The notes below the pieces were generated by a model. It was given only the letters and a program-made list of their open reading frames with translations, was not told the DNA's origin and did not search any database. Made by a program: the position numbers and the translations under genes. 64,000 bases of DNA, taken from the NCBI GenBank assembly GCA_028130375.1, contig GCA_028130375.1_3658.1. The stretch is one strand, 5' to 3'. This stretch comes from a phage. Position 1 is the first letter of the stretch, and each line of letters starts with the position of its first letter. Below, piece by piece: positions 29,071-37,522 of this stretch.

Positions 29071-30276
29071 ATGATTTTCATCTACGAACACTTCAAAACT
29101 CGTAAAGAAGCACGCGACCGCCGTGCAGAACTTGAGAAGAAGGGTTTCACATGTGCCATTGAGAAAGGCGACACAACCTGGACACTGGCAGTTGGTGCCC
29201 CAGAGTTGTTCGATCCTGACCGTGACAGCGTCTGCTACACCCGTGAGGATTTTGAAACCCGCGAAGAGGCCCGTTTATTTCGATACGGTCTGGAAGATAA
29301 CGGTAAGTACGCTATGATCTTAGATTTAGGCGAAGGTTCCGTTAAACGTTGGGGCGTGGTATACCCACTGTGTGTTGTTCACGGTGTGGGGTTCACTGGG
29401 GTAGCAATCAAGTCAGAAGAACCTTTAGTAGAAGTCAAAGATCCGGTGCTGGAGGTGGTGAGCAGTGTGTCTCAGCAACAGACTCGAAGCATCGAGCCTT
29501 TGGTAGTTATTTGTGGGGAACTCCTCCAGATCACCTGCAACGAAGGCATTTTTGAAATTCGCCGCAGCGAAAGTGAGGAAGTTTACCAGAAAGTCTTCGA
29601 CCATATCTCTGTTCAGGAATATGATGAGGCAATTGGTGAAATCCTTGTCTGGCTGGAACGCAAGAATGAGTTCACCACACTTGCAGACAACCTGATCATG
29701 AAAGATGGTAAGCTCTACTACTACGGTGTAGAGATGCGATCCACCATTGCAAAGAAAATTGAGAAAGATTATGCAGATGGAACACTGGATGACCGCTATG
29801 TGAAATTCCTCGTTCGCCTGCTACGCAATCCTTCTGCAAAATCTGTAAACATGCTCTACGATTTTATGCAGGCCAACGATATCCAGATTGCAGAAGATGG
29901 TCGAATCATTTGCTACAAAGGGGTTCAGTTTAACGGCAGCAAGTGGGTGGATTGGCACAGTGGTAAAGTTCCACAATACCAGGGTGCTTTTGTATCCATG
30001 CCTCGTAACTTTGTAGAGGATGATCCGGAAGCTGCGTGCTCCTATGGCTTACACTGCGCCAGCAAAGAGTATGCAAAGAGCTACGGCACTGTAATGACTG
30101 TTATGGTTGATCCTGCAGATGTGGTTAGTGTGCCATACCAACACAATAGCGCTAAGTGCCGTGCATGCCGCTATGAGATTGTAGTAGCTCCGGAAGCACG
30201 CAAAGATGGAGACCCTATTGAATATGTAGTTGATCGTGACGGTAACACTATCGACATTCTTTACGAGGAGGCGTAA
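29071..30276 (+). CDS. rIIB: rIIB-like protein
   Basis: Start moved to ATG 29071 after RBS ggagaca; C-terminal region matches T4 rIIB as recalled from memory (shared NPS.KSV..L.DF, MPR, CS.GLH..SK.Y, DVVS.P, AK.R.C.YE). Confidence 0.85.
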   Translation: MIFIYEHFKTRKEARDRRAELEKKGFTCAIEKGDTTWTLAVGAPELFDPDRDSVCYTREDFETREEARLFRYGLEDNGKYAMILDLGEGSVKRWGVVYPLCVVHGVGFTGVAIKSEEPLVEVKDPVLEVVSSVSQQQTRSIEPLVVICGELLQITCNEGIFEIRRSESEEVYQKVFDHISVQEYDEAIGEILVWLERKNEFTTLADNLIMKDGKLYYYGVEMRSTIAKKIEKDYADGTLDDRYVKFLVRLLRNPSAKSVNMLYDFMQANDIQIAEDGRIICYKGVQFNGSKWVDWHSGKVPQYQGAFVSMPRNFVEDDPEAACSYGLHCASKEYAKSYGTVMTVMVDPADVVSVPYQHNSAKCRACRYEIVVAPEARKDGDPIEYVVDRDGNTIDILYEEA

Positions 30277-31646
30277 TGGAAAAAGGGCAGTATGATGTAG
30301 GCACAGATGCTGCCCTCGTTGCAATCATGAGCGGTGAGAATGTCTTCGTTTCAGGACCCGCAGGTTGTGGGAAGACGTACCTCATCAACATGATCCAGTC
30401 AATGTATGGGGACTCTTGCATAACGGTTGCCCCGACAGGGGTAGCCGCTTTAAACGTTAATGGAGCAACAGCACACCGAACCTTCGATCTTGCAGCAGGT
30501 GTGAGCATGGAGTCAGACTGGACCGCAATAAGGGCAAAAACAGCAAAGCCTTTGAAAAGCAAGGCATTTACCATCCTAATTATCGATGAAATCTCTATGA
30601 TCCGCGCTGATAAGTTTATAGAGATGGATAGGAAACTCCGCTTCCTTCGAAAAAACGACAAACCTTTCGGAGGCATACAGGTCATATTGTTTGGCGATTT
30701 TTACCAGGCACCTCCTGTTGTCTCTTCTATGGAGAAGGAAGCCTATTTCAACTTCTACCATACGGACCTGTGTTGCTATACCGAATCTTGGAAAGAGCTT
30801 GACCTCCACAACATAGCCCTAATAGATCAGTTCCGACAGGAGTCTATTCGATTTGCCACAATGCTCAACTGTGTTCGTGAGGGTCGTCGCATAAAAGAGG
30901 TTGTAGCAGAACTTAATGCTCGCTGTTACAAAGGTGGTGTACCAACAGATGCTCTCACAATTTGCGCCACCAACAAACAAGCAGAGGAAGTGAACAGAAG
31001 GTTCTATGATGCCATCAACGCCCCAGAGAAGGTATACACTGGTGAAATGAAGGGTAAGTTTCCCTCCACCCTGCCAGTTGAGCAGGAGATGAAGTTGAAA
31101 ATTGGCATGAAAGTTATGATAACCGCCAACGATGTTGACCCGACGCACAAAGTACCTTATTATGTTAACGGAACACGTGCCACAATTGTTAAATTTAAGA
31201 ACAAGGCGGTGGTGGTAGAGCTTGAAGATGGAACACAGGTTGACATAGAGCAGAGGTTGTGGGAGAATAACGAGTATAAGCCATCTCAGAGATACAACAT
31301 TGCAGAAAGGAAGATGGAGAAGTTTATAGAGAGGGTAGTGATTGGGTCATACAAGCAACTTCCTCTGAAATCTGGGTACGCCGTAACATCTCATAAAAGT
31401 CAAGGACTTACGCTAGATTGTTACAACCTAGACCTTGGAAAGAACGGAGCTTTCTCTCCTGGGATGACGTATGTTGCTTTGAGTCGGGTTAAGACAATAC
31501 AAGGAATAAACCTGTTGCGTCCACTAAGAGAAGTTGACATTATTGTTGACCCGCGAGTCGTAGAGTTTTACAATACAACATTCCCTGACTTAGACAAAAT
31601 TGTCAGGAAAGATTTTGAAACCAGAGCCGAAGAGGGGGACGTATGA
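30276..31646 (+). CDS. SF1B DNA helicase, Dda/RecD/Pif1-like
   Basis: 456 aa; Walker A GPAGCGKTY, motif Ia TVAPTGVAA, motif II LIIDEISM, motif III GDFYQAPPV, motifs V/VI TSHKSQGLT and YVALSRVK. Confidence 0.85.
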   Translation: MEKGQYDVGTDAALVAIMSGENVFVSGPAGCGKTYLINMIQSMYGDSCITVAPTGVAALNVNGATAHRTFDLAAGVSMESDWTAIRAKTAKPLKSKAFTILIIDEISMIRADKFIEMDRKLRFLRKNDKPFGGIQVILFGDFYQAPPVVSSMEKEAYFNFYHTDLCCYTESWKELDLHNIALIDQFRQESIRFATMLNCVREGRRIKEVVAELNARCYKGGVPTDALTICATNKQAEEVNRRFYDAINAPEKVYTGEMKGKFPSTLPVEQEMKLKIGMKVMITANDVDPTHKVPYYVNGTRATIVKFKNKAVVVELEDGTQVDIEQRLWENNEYKPSQRYNIAERKMEKFIERVVIGSYKQLPLKSGYAVTSHKSQGLTLDCYNLDLGKNGAFSPGMTYVALSRVKTIQGINLLRPLREVDIIVDPRVVEFYNTTFPDLDKIVRKDFETRAEEGDV

Positions 31647-31984
31647 GTTTGTGGAGAAATATAGTTAACTACGTGTGTGGCAATCCAACTCCTGAAGAGA
31701 AGGATGTTGTGATTCACGATTTTACTAAAAGATCCCGTGAAAAAGATCTACTGTTAACAAAGGTGACTGATAAAGACCCTGCAGCAGGGGACTGGGCAGG
31801 TTTTGCGTTTACATTGGACAAATACACCTTTAACAAAGGTGACTACCTTGTTGTGGATTTTAACGAAGACATTGAGGGTGCTGAACCTTACTATCAGACC
31901 CTTATTGTTGCAGGGTGTGTTAATCTATCTGCAGGTATGCACAGTTTGATTCTTTTTGAGCTTGACTCTGAAGACCTTGAGTAG
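31643..31984 (+). CDS. Hypothetical protein
   Basis: 113-aa ORF, ATGA overlap with helicase stop. Confidence 0.45.
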   Translation: MSLWRNIVNYVCGNPTPEEKDVVIHDFTKRSREKDLLLTKVTDKDPAAGDWAGFAFTLDKYTFNKGDYLVVDFNEDIEGAEPYYQTLIVAGCVNLSAGMHSLILFELDSEDLE

Positions 31985-32045
31985 TAAGATGTGAGTATAA
32001 AGGGGAGGCCTCCTCCCCACAAAAAACTAAGGAGAGCACCAAACG

Positions 32046-33371
32046 ATGAGCAAAACCAAATTAGAACTTACCTGGATAGGTAAAAACGAGCGCAAAAAGT
32101 TAGAGCCCCACATTTTGTTAGAAGATTCTAGCAAATCTTACCACAGCCAGAAAGTGACCGAAAACGATATTTTTGATAATAAACTGATTTTTGGAGATAA
32201 CTTATTAGCATTGAAGGCGCTAGAGCAAGAGTATGCAGGCAAAGTGAAGTGTGTTTACATAGACCCACCATTCAATACCGGGAGGGCTTTTGAGCATTAC
32301 GATGATAGCCTGGAGCATTCCATTTGGCTGGGCTTAATGAGGGATAGGTTAGAAATAATTCGTAATCTTCTAAGTGATGATGGGGTAATATTCGTTCACT
32401 TAGATGATTGCGAAATGGCGTATTTAAAAGTTTTGATGGACGAGATTTTTGGTCGTGCAAATCAGTTAAATACCATATCGATGACCACAAATTCCCCTTC
32501 GGGATTTAAGGCAACAGGAGCCACAGTTTTCTCCACAGCAAACTTTTTGCTTGTATATGCAAAAGATCGCACCCAGAAACCGCTTAACAAAATCTATATA
32601 CCTAAAGGGTATGATACAGGATATAACAAATACCTATTAAACCCGGATGACCATTATAAAAATTGGACGTGGTGCGGTATTGCCGATGCGTTTGCAAAGG
32701 CCAATGGCTATAAAGATGCAAAAGAAGCCAAGAAAAAACTGCCTGATACATTCGATGATGAATTAGCACAATTCGCAATTGATAATGCAGAACGTGTATT
32801 TCAATCTGTTGCAATTGGTGGTGGTGCTAAAATAAAGAGAAAAGAAACTATCGAGAAGTCAAAGAAAGATAGGGATAAGGTTTATGTACATCCAAATGAG
32901 GATGTTGAAGGATTTTATATCGCAAATGGTAGGCAAATGGTCTTTTACTCCAATAGGCTTTTGGAAATTGACGGTGAGATGCAACCTGCGGAACTAATAA
33001 CTGATGTTTGGACAGACATTAGTTGGAATGGAATAGCAAATGAAGGCGGCGTTAGTTTCAAAAATGGGAAAAAACCAGAAGCGCTTTTGAAGCGGATTTT
33101 CGAAATGTGCACGCGAGAAGGCGATTTGGTATTGGATTCATTCGGTGGTTCTGGAACTACTGCTGCTGTAGCTCATAAGATGAAAAGACGCTGGATCTCA
33201 ATCGAGCTAGGTGATCATTGTCATACCCATATTATTCCGCGCTTGGAAAAAGTGATCGATGGCGAAGATCAAGGTGGTATTTCTAAGTCTGTAAACTGGC
33301 AAGGTGGTGGTGGCTTCCGTTATTACAAACTTGCCCCGGCCTTAGTTGCGAAAGATAAGTCTGATCAATAA
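32046..33371 (+). CDS. DNA methyltransferase, amino-MTase type (N6-adenine or N4-cytosine), beta-class order
   Basis: 441 aa; catalytic motif IV VYIDPPFNTG precedes AdoMet motif I DSFGGSGTTAAVA. Confidence 0.75.
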   Translation: MSKTKLELTWIGKNERKKLEPHILLEDSSKSYHSQKVTENDIFDNKLIFGDNLLALKALEQEYAGKVKCVYIDPPFNTGRAFEHYDDSLEHSIWLGLMRDRLEIIRNLLSDDGVIFVHLDDCEMAYLKVLMDEIFGRANQLNTISMTTNSPSGFKATGATVFSTANFLLVYAKDRTQKPLNKIYIPKGYDTGYNKYLLNPDDHYKNWTWCGIADAFAKANGYKDAKEAKKKLPDTFDDELAQFAIDNAERVFQSVAIGGGAKIKRKETIEKSKKDRDKVYVHPNEDVEGFYIANGRQMVFYSNRLLEIDGEMQPAELITDVWTDISWNGIANEGGVSFKNGKKPEALLKRIFEMCTREGDLVLDSFGGSGTTAAVAHKMKRRWISIELGDHCHTHIIPRLEKVIDGEDQGGISKSVNWQGGGGFRYYKLAPALVAKDKSDQ

Positions 33372-33375
33372 AGAG

Positions 33376-33690
33376 TACAATCAAATGATGAAACGTTATA
33401 AACCATACACTTTTGAAATCGATTTCGAACTTGACGATATGTTCACTGTGGAAGCTCAGGCAGTTGTCCAGTTGCCAGACCCAGAGTGTCGTGATTCTGA
33501 TGTTGACTATTATGGATTTAGACAGATCACTGATGTGCATGTTTACCACAACGGTGAAGAGGTGGACTTCCACAAACTGCCAAACGATATGCGCCACTCA
33601 ATTTACAAACGTGCAGCCCGTGAACTAGAGTCCTATCTTGATGCAGCGACGACAGCAGCTGCATTTGCCGAAGAAGTGGGAGGTTTCTGA
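33376..33690 (+). CDS. Hypothetical protein
   Basis: ORF trimmed to ATG 33376 to avoid overlap with the MTase; about 104 aa. Confidence 0.4.
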   Translation, partial: YNQMMKRYKPYTFEIDFELDDMFTVEAQAVVQLPDPECRDSDVDYYGFRQITDVHVYHNGEEVDFHKLPNDMRHSIYKRAARELESYLDAATTAAAFAEEVGGF

Positions 33691-34085
33691 TGATTACAGA
33701 TGTGAAGATTGTCCAATACCACTTAACCAAGTTGGAAGATGCTGAGAAAGAGCTTGCAGAAGTTCTGAATAGTGGATATACTTTGCTATCATGCGCCTGC
33801 TCAGACACCTACGCTGTGTGGACACTTATCAGGAAGGAAGAGCCTGCAGGGATCTTGGTGCCAAACCCTAAGATTATTAGTGAGGTGGATGACTACCCCC
33901 AGGACGGCCTGCCAGAAGGCTGGGAAGTATGGGAAGGTGGTGAAAACCCTGCACCAGGTAAGTGGGTAAAATACAAACTACGTAGTGGTGCACAGTACGC
34001 TGACTACTCTGATGACCTAGACTGGAGTCATTCTTCACCAGGATCATCTGCAAGTTCATATGATATCGTTGCTTTTCAGGAATAA
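33690..34085 (+). CDS. Hypothetical protein
   Basis: 131-aa ORF. Confidence 0.45.
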   Translation: MITDVKIVQYHLTKLEDAEKELAEVLNSGYTLLSCACSDTYAVWTLIRKEEPAGILVPNPKIISEVDDYPQDGLPEGWEVWEGGENPAPGKWVKYKLRSGAQYADYSDDLDWSHSSPGSSASSYDIVAFQE

Positions 34086-34097
34086 GGAGAGGGTGTT

Positions 34098-34580
34098 ATG
34101 TCAGATTTTATGTGGAAAGTAGGCTATGCCACTCCTGAAATGTGCGAGGCTTGCTTTGTGAAAATAGGCCGCGAGGATATCGACAAAGTGATCCTTAAGT
34201 TTCGTGATGTGGCTGTGATCGGCAACCGAGTGCTTAAGCACTTAAAGAATCTGAAGCTCACTAAAAAGAAGTTCTTCGGGCTTTTCGAAGAGAAAGTTGA
34301 TGCTTGGACCCATTGCATTCAGGAAGCTAAATCTCACTACAGTGCTATCGTTACTCCAGAACGGGTAGCTAAGATGGAAGGATTCATTAACAGCACAGAA
34401 TTTGAGTGTCTGAAAGCTGCACTCGATAGTTATCCGAAATGCCTTAAGCACTTGGACAAGTATGCAGAAAAGGATGGGGAAATGTATCTAACCCTGGACG
34501 CATATTATGAGATGCAAGAAATTTTAAATTTAGATTTGACATTGGTATCCACCGAGTATACAATAGGTATCCGGGTTTAA
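34098..34580 (+). CDS. Hypothetical protein
   Basis: 160-aa ORF with RBS ggagagggtg. Confidence 0.5.
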   Translation: MSDFMWKVGYATPEMCEACFVKIGREDIDKVILKFRDVAVIGNRVLKHLKNLKLTKKKFFGLFEEKVDAWTHCIQEAKSHYSAIVTPERVAKMEGFINSTEFECLKAALDSYPKCLKHLDKYAEKDGEMYLTLDAYYEMQEILNLDLTLVSTEYTIGIRV

Positions 34581-34586
34581 CACTAG

Positions 34587-34614
34587 GCCCTGCCCGAAAG
34601 GGTGGGGCTTTTTG
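34587..34614 (+). terminator. Rho-independent terminator (gccctgcccgaaagggtggggc + T-run)
   Basis: GC hairpin with gaaa loop then ttttt; identical 22-bp hairpin at 44754-44775. Confidence 0.65.
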
Positions 34615-34631
34615 CATTAGGAGACAGCAAA

Positions 34632-35396
34632 TTGAAATTTATCTACAAAGAACACTACCACAAAGGTGTTGTGTGGAGTCTATTTGACGGGTCTGGTGGT
34701 GCAGTCATTGACTGGGCAAAAGCTGGGTACCTGTGCCTGTGCTTTAATGCAGAAGGCGCTGATCACGGCAGTTATGCAGAGGTGATCACCGATCATCCCA
34801 ACATTCACTATGTGGACTATTGGATTGACCCGTGGTTCCCTCAGGAAACTTTTTGCATGTATCCGGCTCCAGATTTTATTCTTGCATTTCCTCCGTGCAC
34901 GCATTTAGCGGTATCAGGTGCTGCACATTTTAAGAAAAAGCTGGCTAAGGACCCCATGATCCAAATTAATGCTGTAAAGGATGCTCGGGTTGCGGAAGAG
35001 CTGGGAGAGATTTACGATTGCCCGTGGCATGTAGAGAATCCTGTGGGTGTTATGTCCACACTGTGGCGCAAACCTGATTACCGTTTTCACCCTTCGGATT
35101 ATGGCGGGTATTTACCGGAAGATGATGTAAACCCATGGTTTCCTGAATTTATAGCTCCACGTGATGCCTATCCAAAAATAACTTGCGGCTGGATAGGTAA
35201 TGGATTTATAATCCCAGCCACAAAACCTGTCCCGCAAATAGTTGACGCGGTTAGCGGGTATTCCATGCAACACGCCAAGCTGGGTGGAAAGAGTGCAAGA
35301 ACGAAGATGATTCGAAGCCTCACACCACGTGGCTGGGCAAAAGCCGTATTCCTAGCAAACGAGCCTGTAGTAAGGAGCAGAATTAATGGGAAGTAA
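34632..35396 (+). CDS. Divergent C5-cytosine methyltransferase-like protein
   Basis: Start placed at TTG 34632, 7 nt after aggaga; motif I-like LFDGSGGA, PC-motif-like AFPPCTHLAVSG, ENV-like HVENPVG; short and atypical (PCT rather than PCQ). Confidence 0.5.
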   Translation: MKFIYKEHYHKGVVWSLFDGSGGAVIDWAKAGYLCLCFNAEGADHGSYAEVITDHPNIHYVDYWIDPWFPQETFCMYPAPDFILAFPPCTHLAVSGAAHFKKKLAKDPMIQINAVKDARVAEELGEIYDCPWHVENPVGVMSTLWRKPDYRFHPSDYGGYLPEDDVNPWFPEFIAPRDAYPKITCGWIGNGFIIPATKPVPQIVDAVSGYSMQHAKLGGKSARTKMIRSLTPRGWAKAVFLANEPVVRSRINGK

Positions 35397-37464
35397 ATTT
35401 ATGGCATCTGCATACAACCGTTTCGGTGAGCCAAACCCGAAAGCAACTAAGTATAAAAGTGGGGGAAGTGTGAAACGAGACTATCGTGATGAAAAAGAAG
35501 TTGAAACTGTAGAGACTGTTTTAGAAAATACTAAAATTGTCCCTGTCCCACAACAAAATATCGGTCTGATGGCTGCACAATATTTTGGTGTGCGATCAGC
35601 ATTGTCACAAGAAGACGGTGTGACAGTCACTGCAACATATTTCCCATATTACGACCGCTACGGAAATCTGTCCGGTTTCAAAAAGCGTGACTGGACTATT
35701 CCTAAAGAACAAAGGGGCCACTTCTCCGTTGTTGGCATCGTAAAGGCCAACTCCCAGATGTTTGGTCAAAAGCTGTGTGCATCTTCCAACAACCGTAAGC
35801 AGATTAACGTTTGTGAGGGAGAAGGTGATGTTATTGCAGCATGGCAGGCTGCATATCAGATACAAGTAAAAGGGATTCTCACCAACGCTAAAGCCCCGGC
35901 AAAGGTGAAGCAGTGGGCTAAAGAGGTCCAGGACGGGATCGACGCAGTTATCAACGGTGGTGATCTGGCAGGAAAACCCTGCCTGCCTTTTGTTGGAATT
36001 AACTGTGGATGTGCAAACGCAGTAGATACTTTTGCAAACAATGAGAAGTTTATCCGTAGCTATGGAACAGTTGTACTGGCAATGGATAACGATGCAGCTA
36101 ACGAGGTAGAGAAGCAAAAACACGTCATTAAAGGTGTTGAGGCCACGCACAATATCGCAGCATTTTTGATGGCTGATAACGTTTACCACGTAGAATACCC
36201 TGGTGAAGTAAATGACCCTGACGGGGTAAAAGATATCCGTGACATGCTGAAGGCTAAAAAGCTGGAAGATATTGTCAACATGTTCCGGCATCCTGTTAAA
36301 TATGTGCCTGATGCTGTGTCGGATTTAGAAGACTTCTCTATCGAGTCTTTGCGGAAAAAGACTTCCAACGGGGTAGATATCAGCGCAGAGTTCCCAAAAC
36401 TGCAAAAAATGCTAAAAGGCTTGCACAAAGGGACACTCGTAATGCTTACAGGGCCATCAGGGGGCGGTAAAACAACTGTAGCTAAAAAACTGGAACATTG
36501 TATTGCAAGATACCTAATGGACCCGACATGCCCGAAGGCTGATGACTATGAAGAGGATGATCGTCTATGTATGATCCATCTTGAGGAGGACCCAGAGGAA
36601 GCAATTAACTCCTTGTATGCAAACCAGTTAGGGTTTGATGTTAAAGAGTTTGTTGAAGATCCTAGCCAGTTTTTAACTGATCAAGAACACGCAGAGATTC
36701 ACCAATCATGGGCAAAAGCTGGAAAAATCAAAGTGTTCAAACATTTCGGGTCTATTCCGGTGGATGAGTTGATTACCAAGCTTAAGCAAATGGTTTGCCT
36801 GTACCATTGCCGTTATATTGTGCTGGATCACCTGTCCATGGTAATTTCAGGGCTTAATGTTAAGGATGAGCGAAAAGAACTGGACATGGCTATGACTCAG
36901 CTGGCTGCGTTTTGTAAGCAGTTTAACGTGTTTATCTTGGTGATCGCTCACCTCAAACGTACAGAGATTGTGCCTCCTAAGGACAAGGATGGTAACCCGT
37001 TACCTTTCTGGTATCCTGTGCGAAAAGAGAATTTGCGAGGATCGGCGGGGCTTGAACAGTTGAGTTGGGTAGTCATAGGTGTCGAGGCCGAAGAAATGGT
37101 GGATCGTTCTCGTGGACGTGTCCGTCTGGTAGGTCTTAAAAACCGTCCAGCAAAAACTCTAGGTATTGCTGACACTTTGGTTATGGACCCGCACACAGGT
37201 AAGTTCCATGATGCCAGTAATTGGTACTGGGACAAAGAAATGCAAATGTTTACAGACGGAGAAGGTGGGGAGGTTGTTTGGAGACCTCAAGCTATGTTTG
37301 AGGATCAGGAGCATGCAGTTGTAGAAACACCTATGGGCAAGGTTGTGGCTGATAAGGTTGTAACTCCTACTGTTAAGCCTGTTGACACGCAGGAAGACCT
37401 CCAGTACGATGATCCATCCTCTGACCAGGTCCCTGGTTTTGAGGATGATGAAACGCCTTTTTAA
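35386..37464 (+). CDS. Primase-helicase (TOPRIM primase + DnaB-like helicase, T7 gp4-like)
   Basis: 692 aa; TOPRIM CEGEGD and MDNDAAN; Walker A GPSGGGKTT, Walker B-like IVLDH; acidic C-terminus ending DDETPF. Confidence 0.8.
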   Translation: MGSKFMASAYNRFGEPNPKATKYKSGGSVKRDYRDEKEVETVETVLENTKIVPVPQQNIGLMAAQYFGVRSALSQEDGVTVTATYFPYYDRYGNLSGFKKRDWTIPKEQRGHFSVVGIVKANSQMFGQKLCASSNNRKQINVCEGEGDVIAAWQAAYQIQVKGILTNAKAPAKVKQWAKEVQDGIDAVINGGDLAGKPCLPFVGINCGCANAVDTFANNEKFIRSYGTVVLAMDNDAANEVEKQKHVIKGVEATHNIAAFLMADNVYHVEYPGEVNDPDGVKDIRDMLKAKKLEDIVNMFRHPVKYVPDAVSDLEDFSIESLRKKTSNGVDISAEFPKLQKMLKGLHKGTLVMLTGPSGGGKTTVAKKLEHCIARYLMDPTCPKADDYEEDDRLCMIHLEEDPEEAINSLYANQLGFDVKEFVEDPSQFLTDQEHAEIHQSWAKAGKIKVFKHFGSIPVDELITKLKQMVCLYHCRYIVLDHLSMVISGLNVKDERKELDMAMTQLAAFCKQFNVFILVIAHLKRTEIVPPKDKDGNPLPFWYPVRKENLRGSAGLEQLSWVVIGVEAEEMVDRSRGRVRLVGLKNRPAKTLGIADTLVMDPHTGKFHDASNWYWDKEMQMFTDGEGGEVVWRPQAMFEDQEHAVVETPMGKVVADKVVTPTVKPVDTQEDLQYDDPSSDQVPGFEDDETPF

Positions 37465-37522
37465 TGTTTAACAAAGAGTGGGAGGGGTAGTACAACCGCC
37501 TCCCCTTTAAGGAGAACTGTAT

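Noticed and set aside
34602-34631. GTG start at 34602 for the C5-MTase-like gene
   Set aside because: That start lies inside the terminator hairpin; TTG at 34632 with aggaga 7 nt upstream is more plausible.
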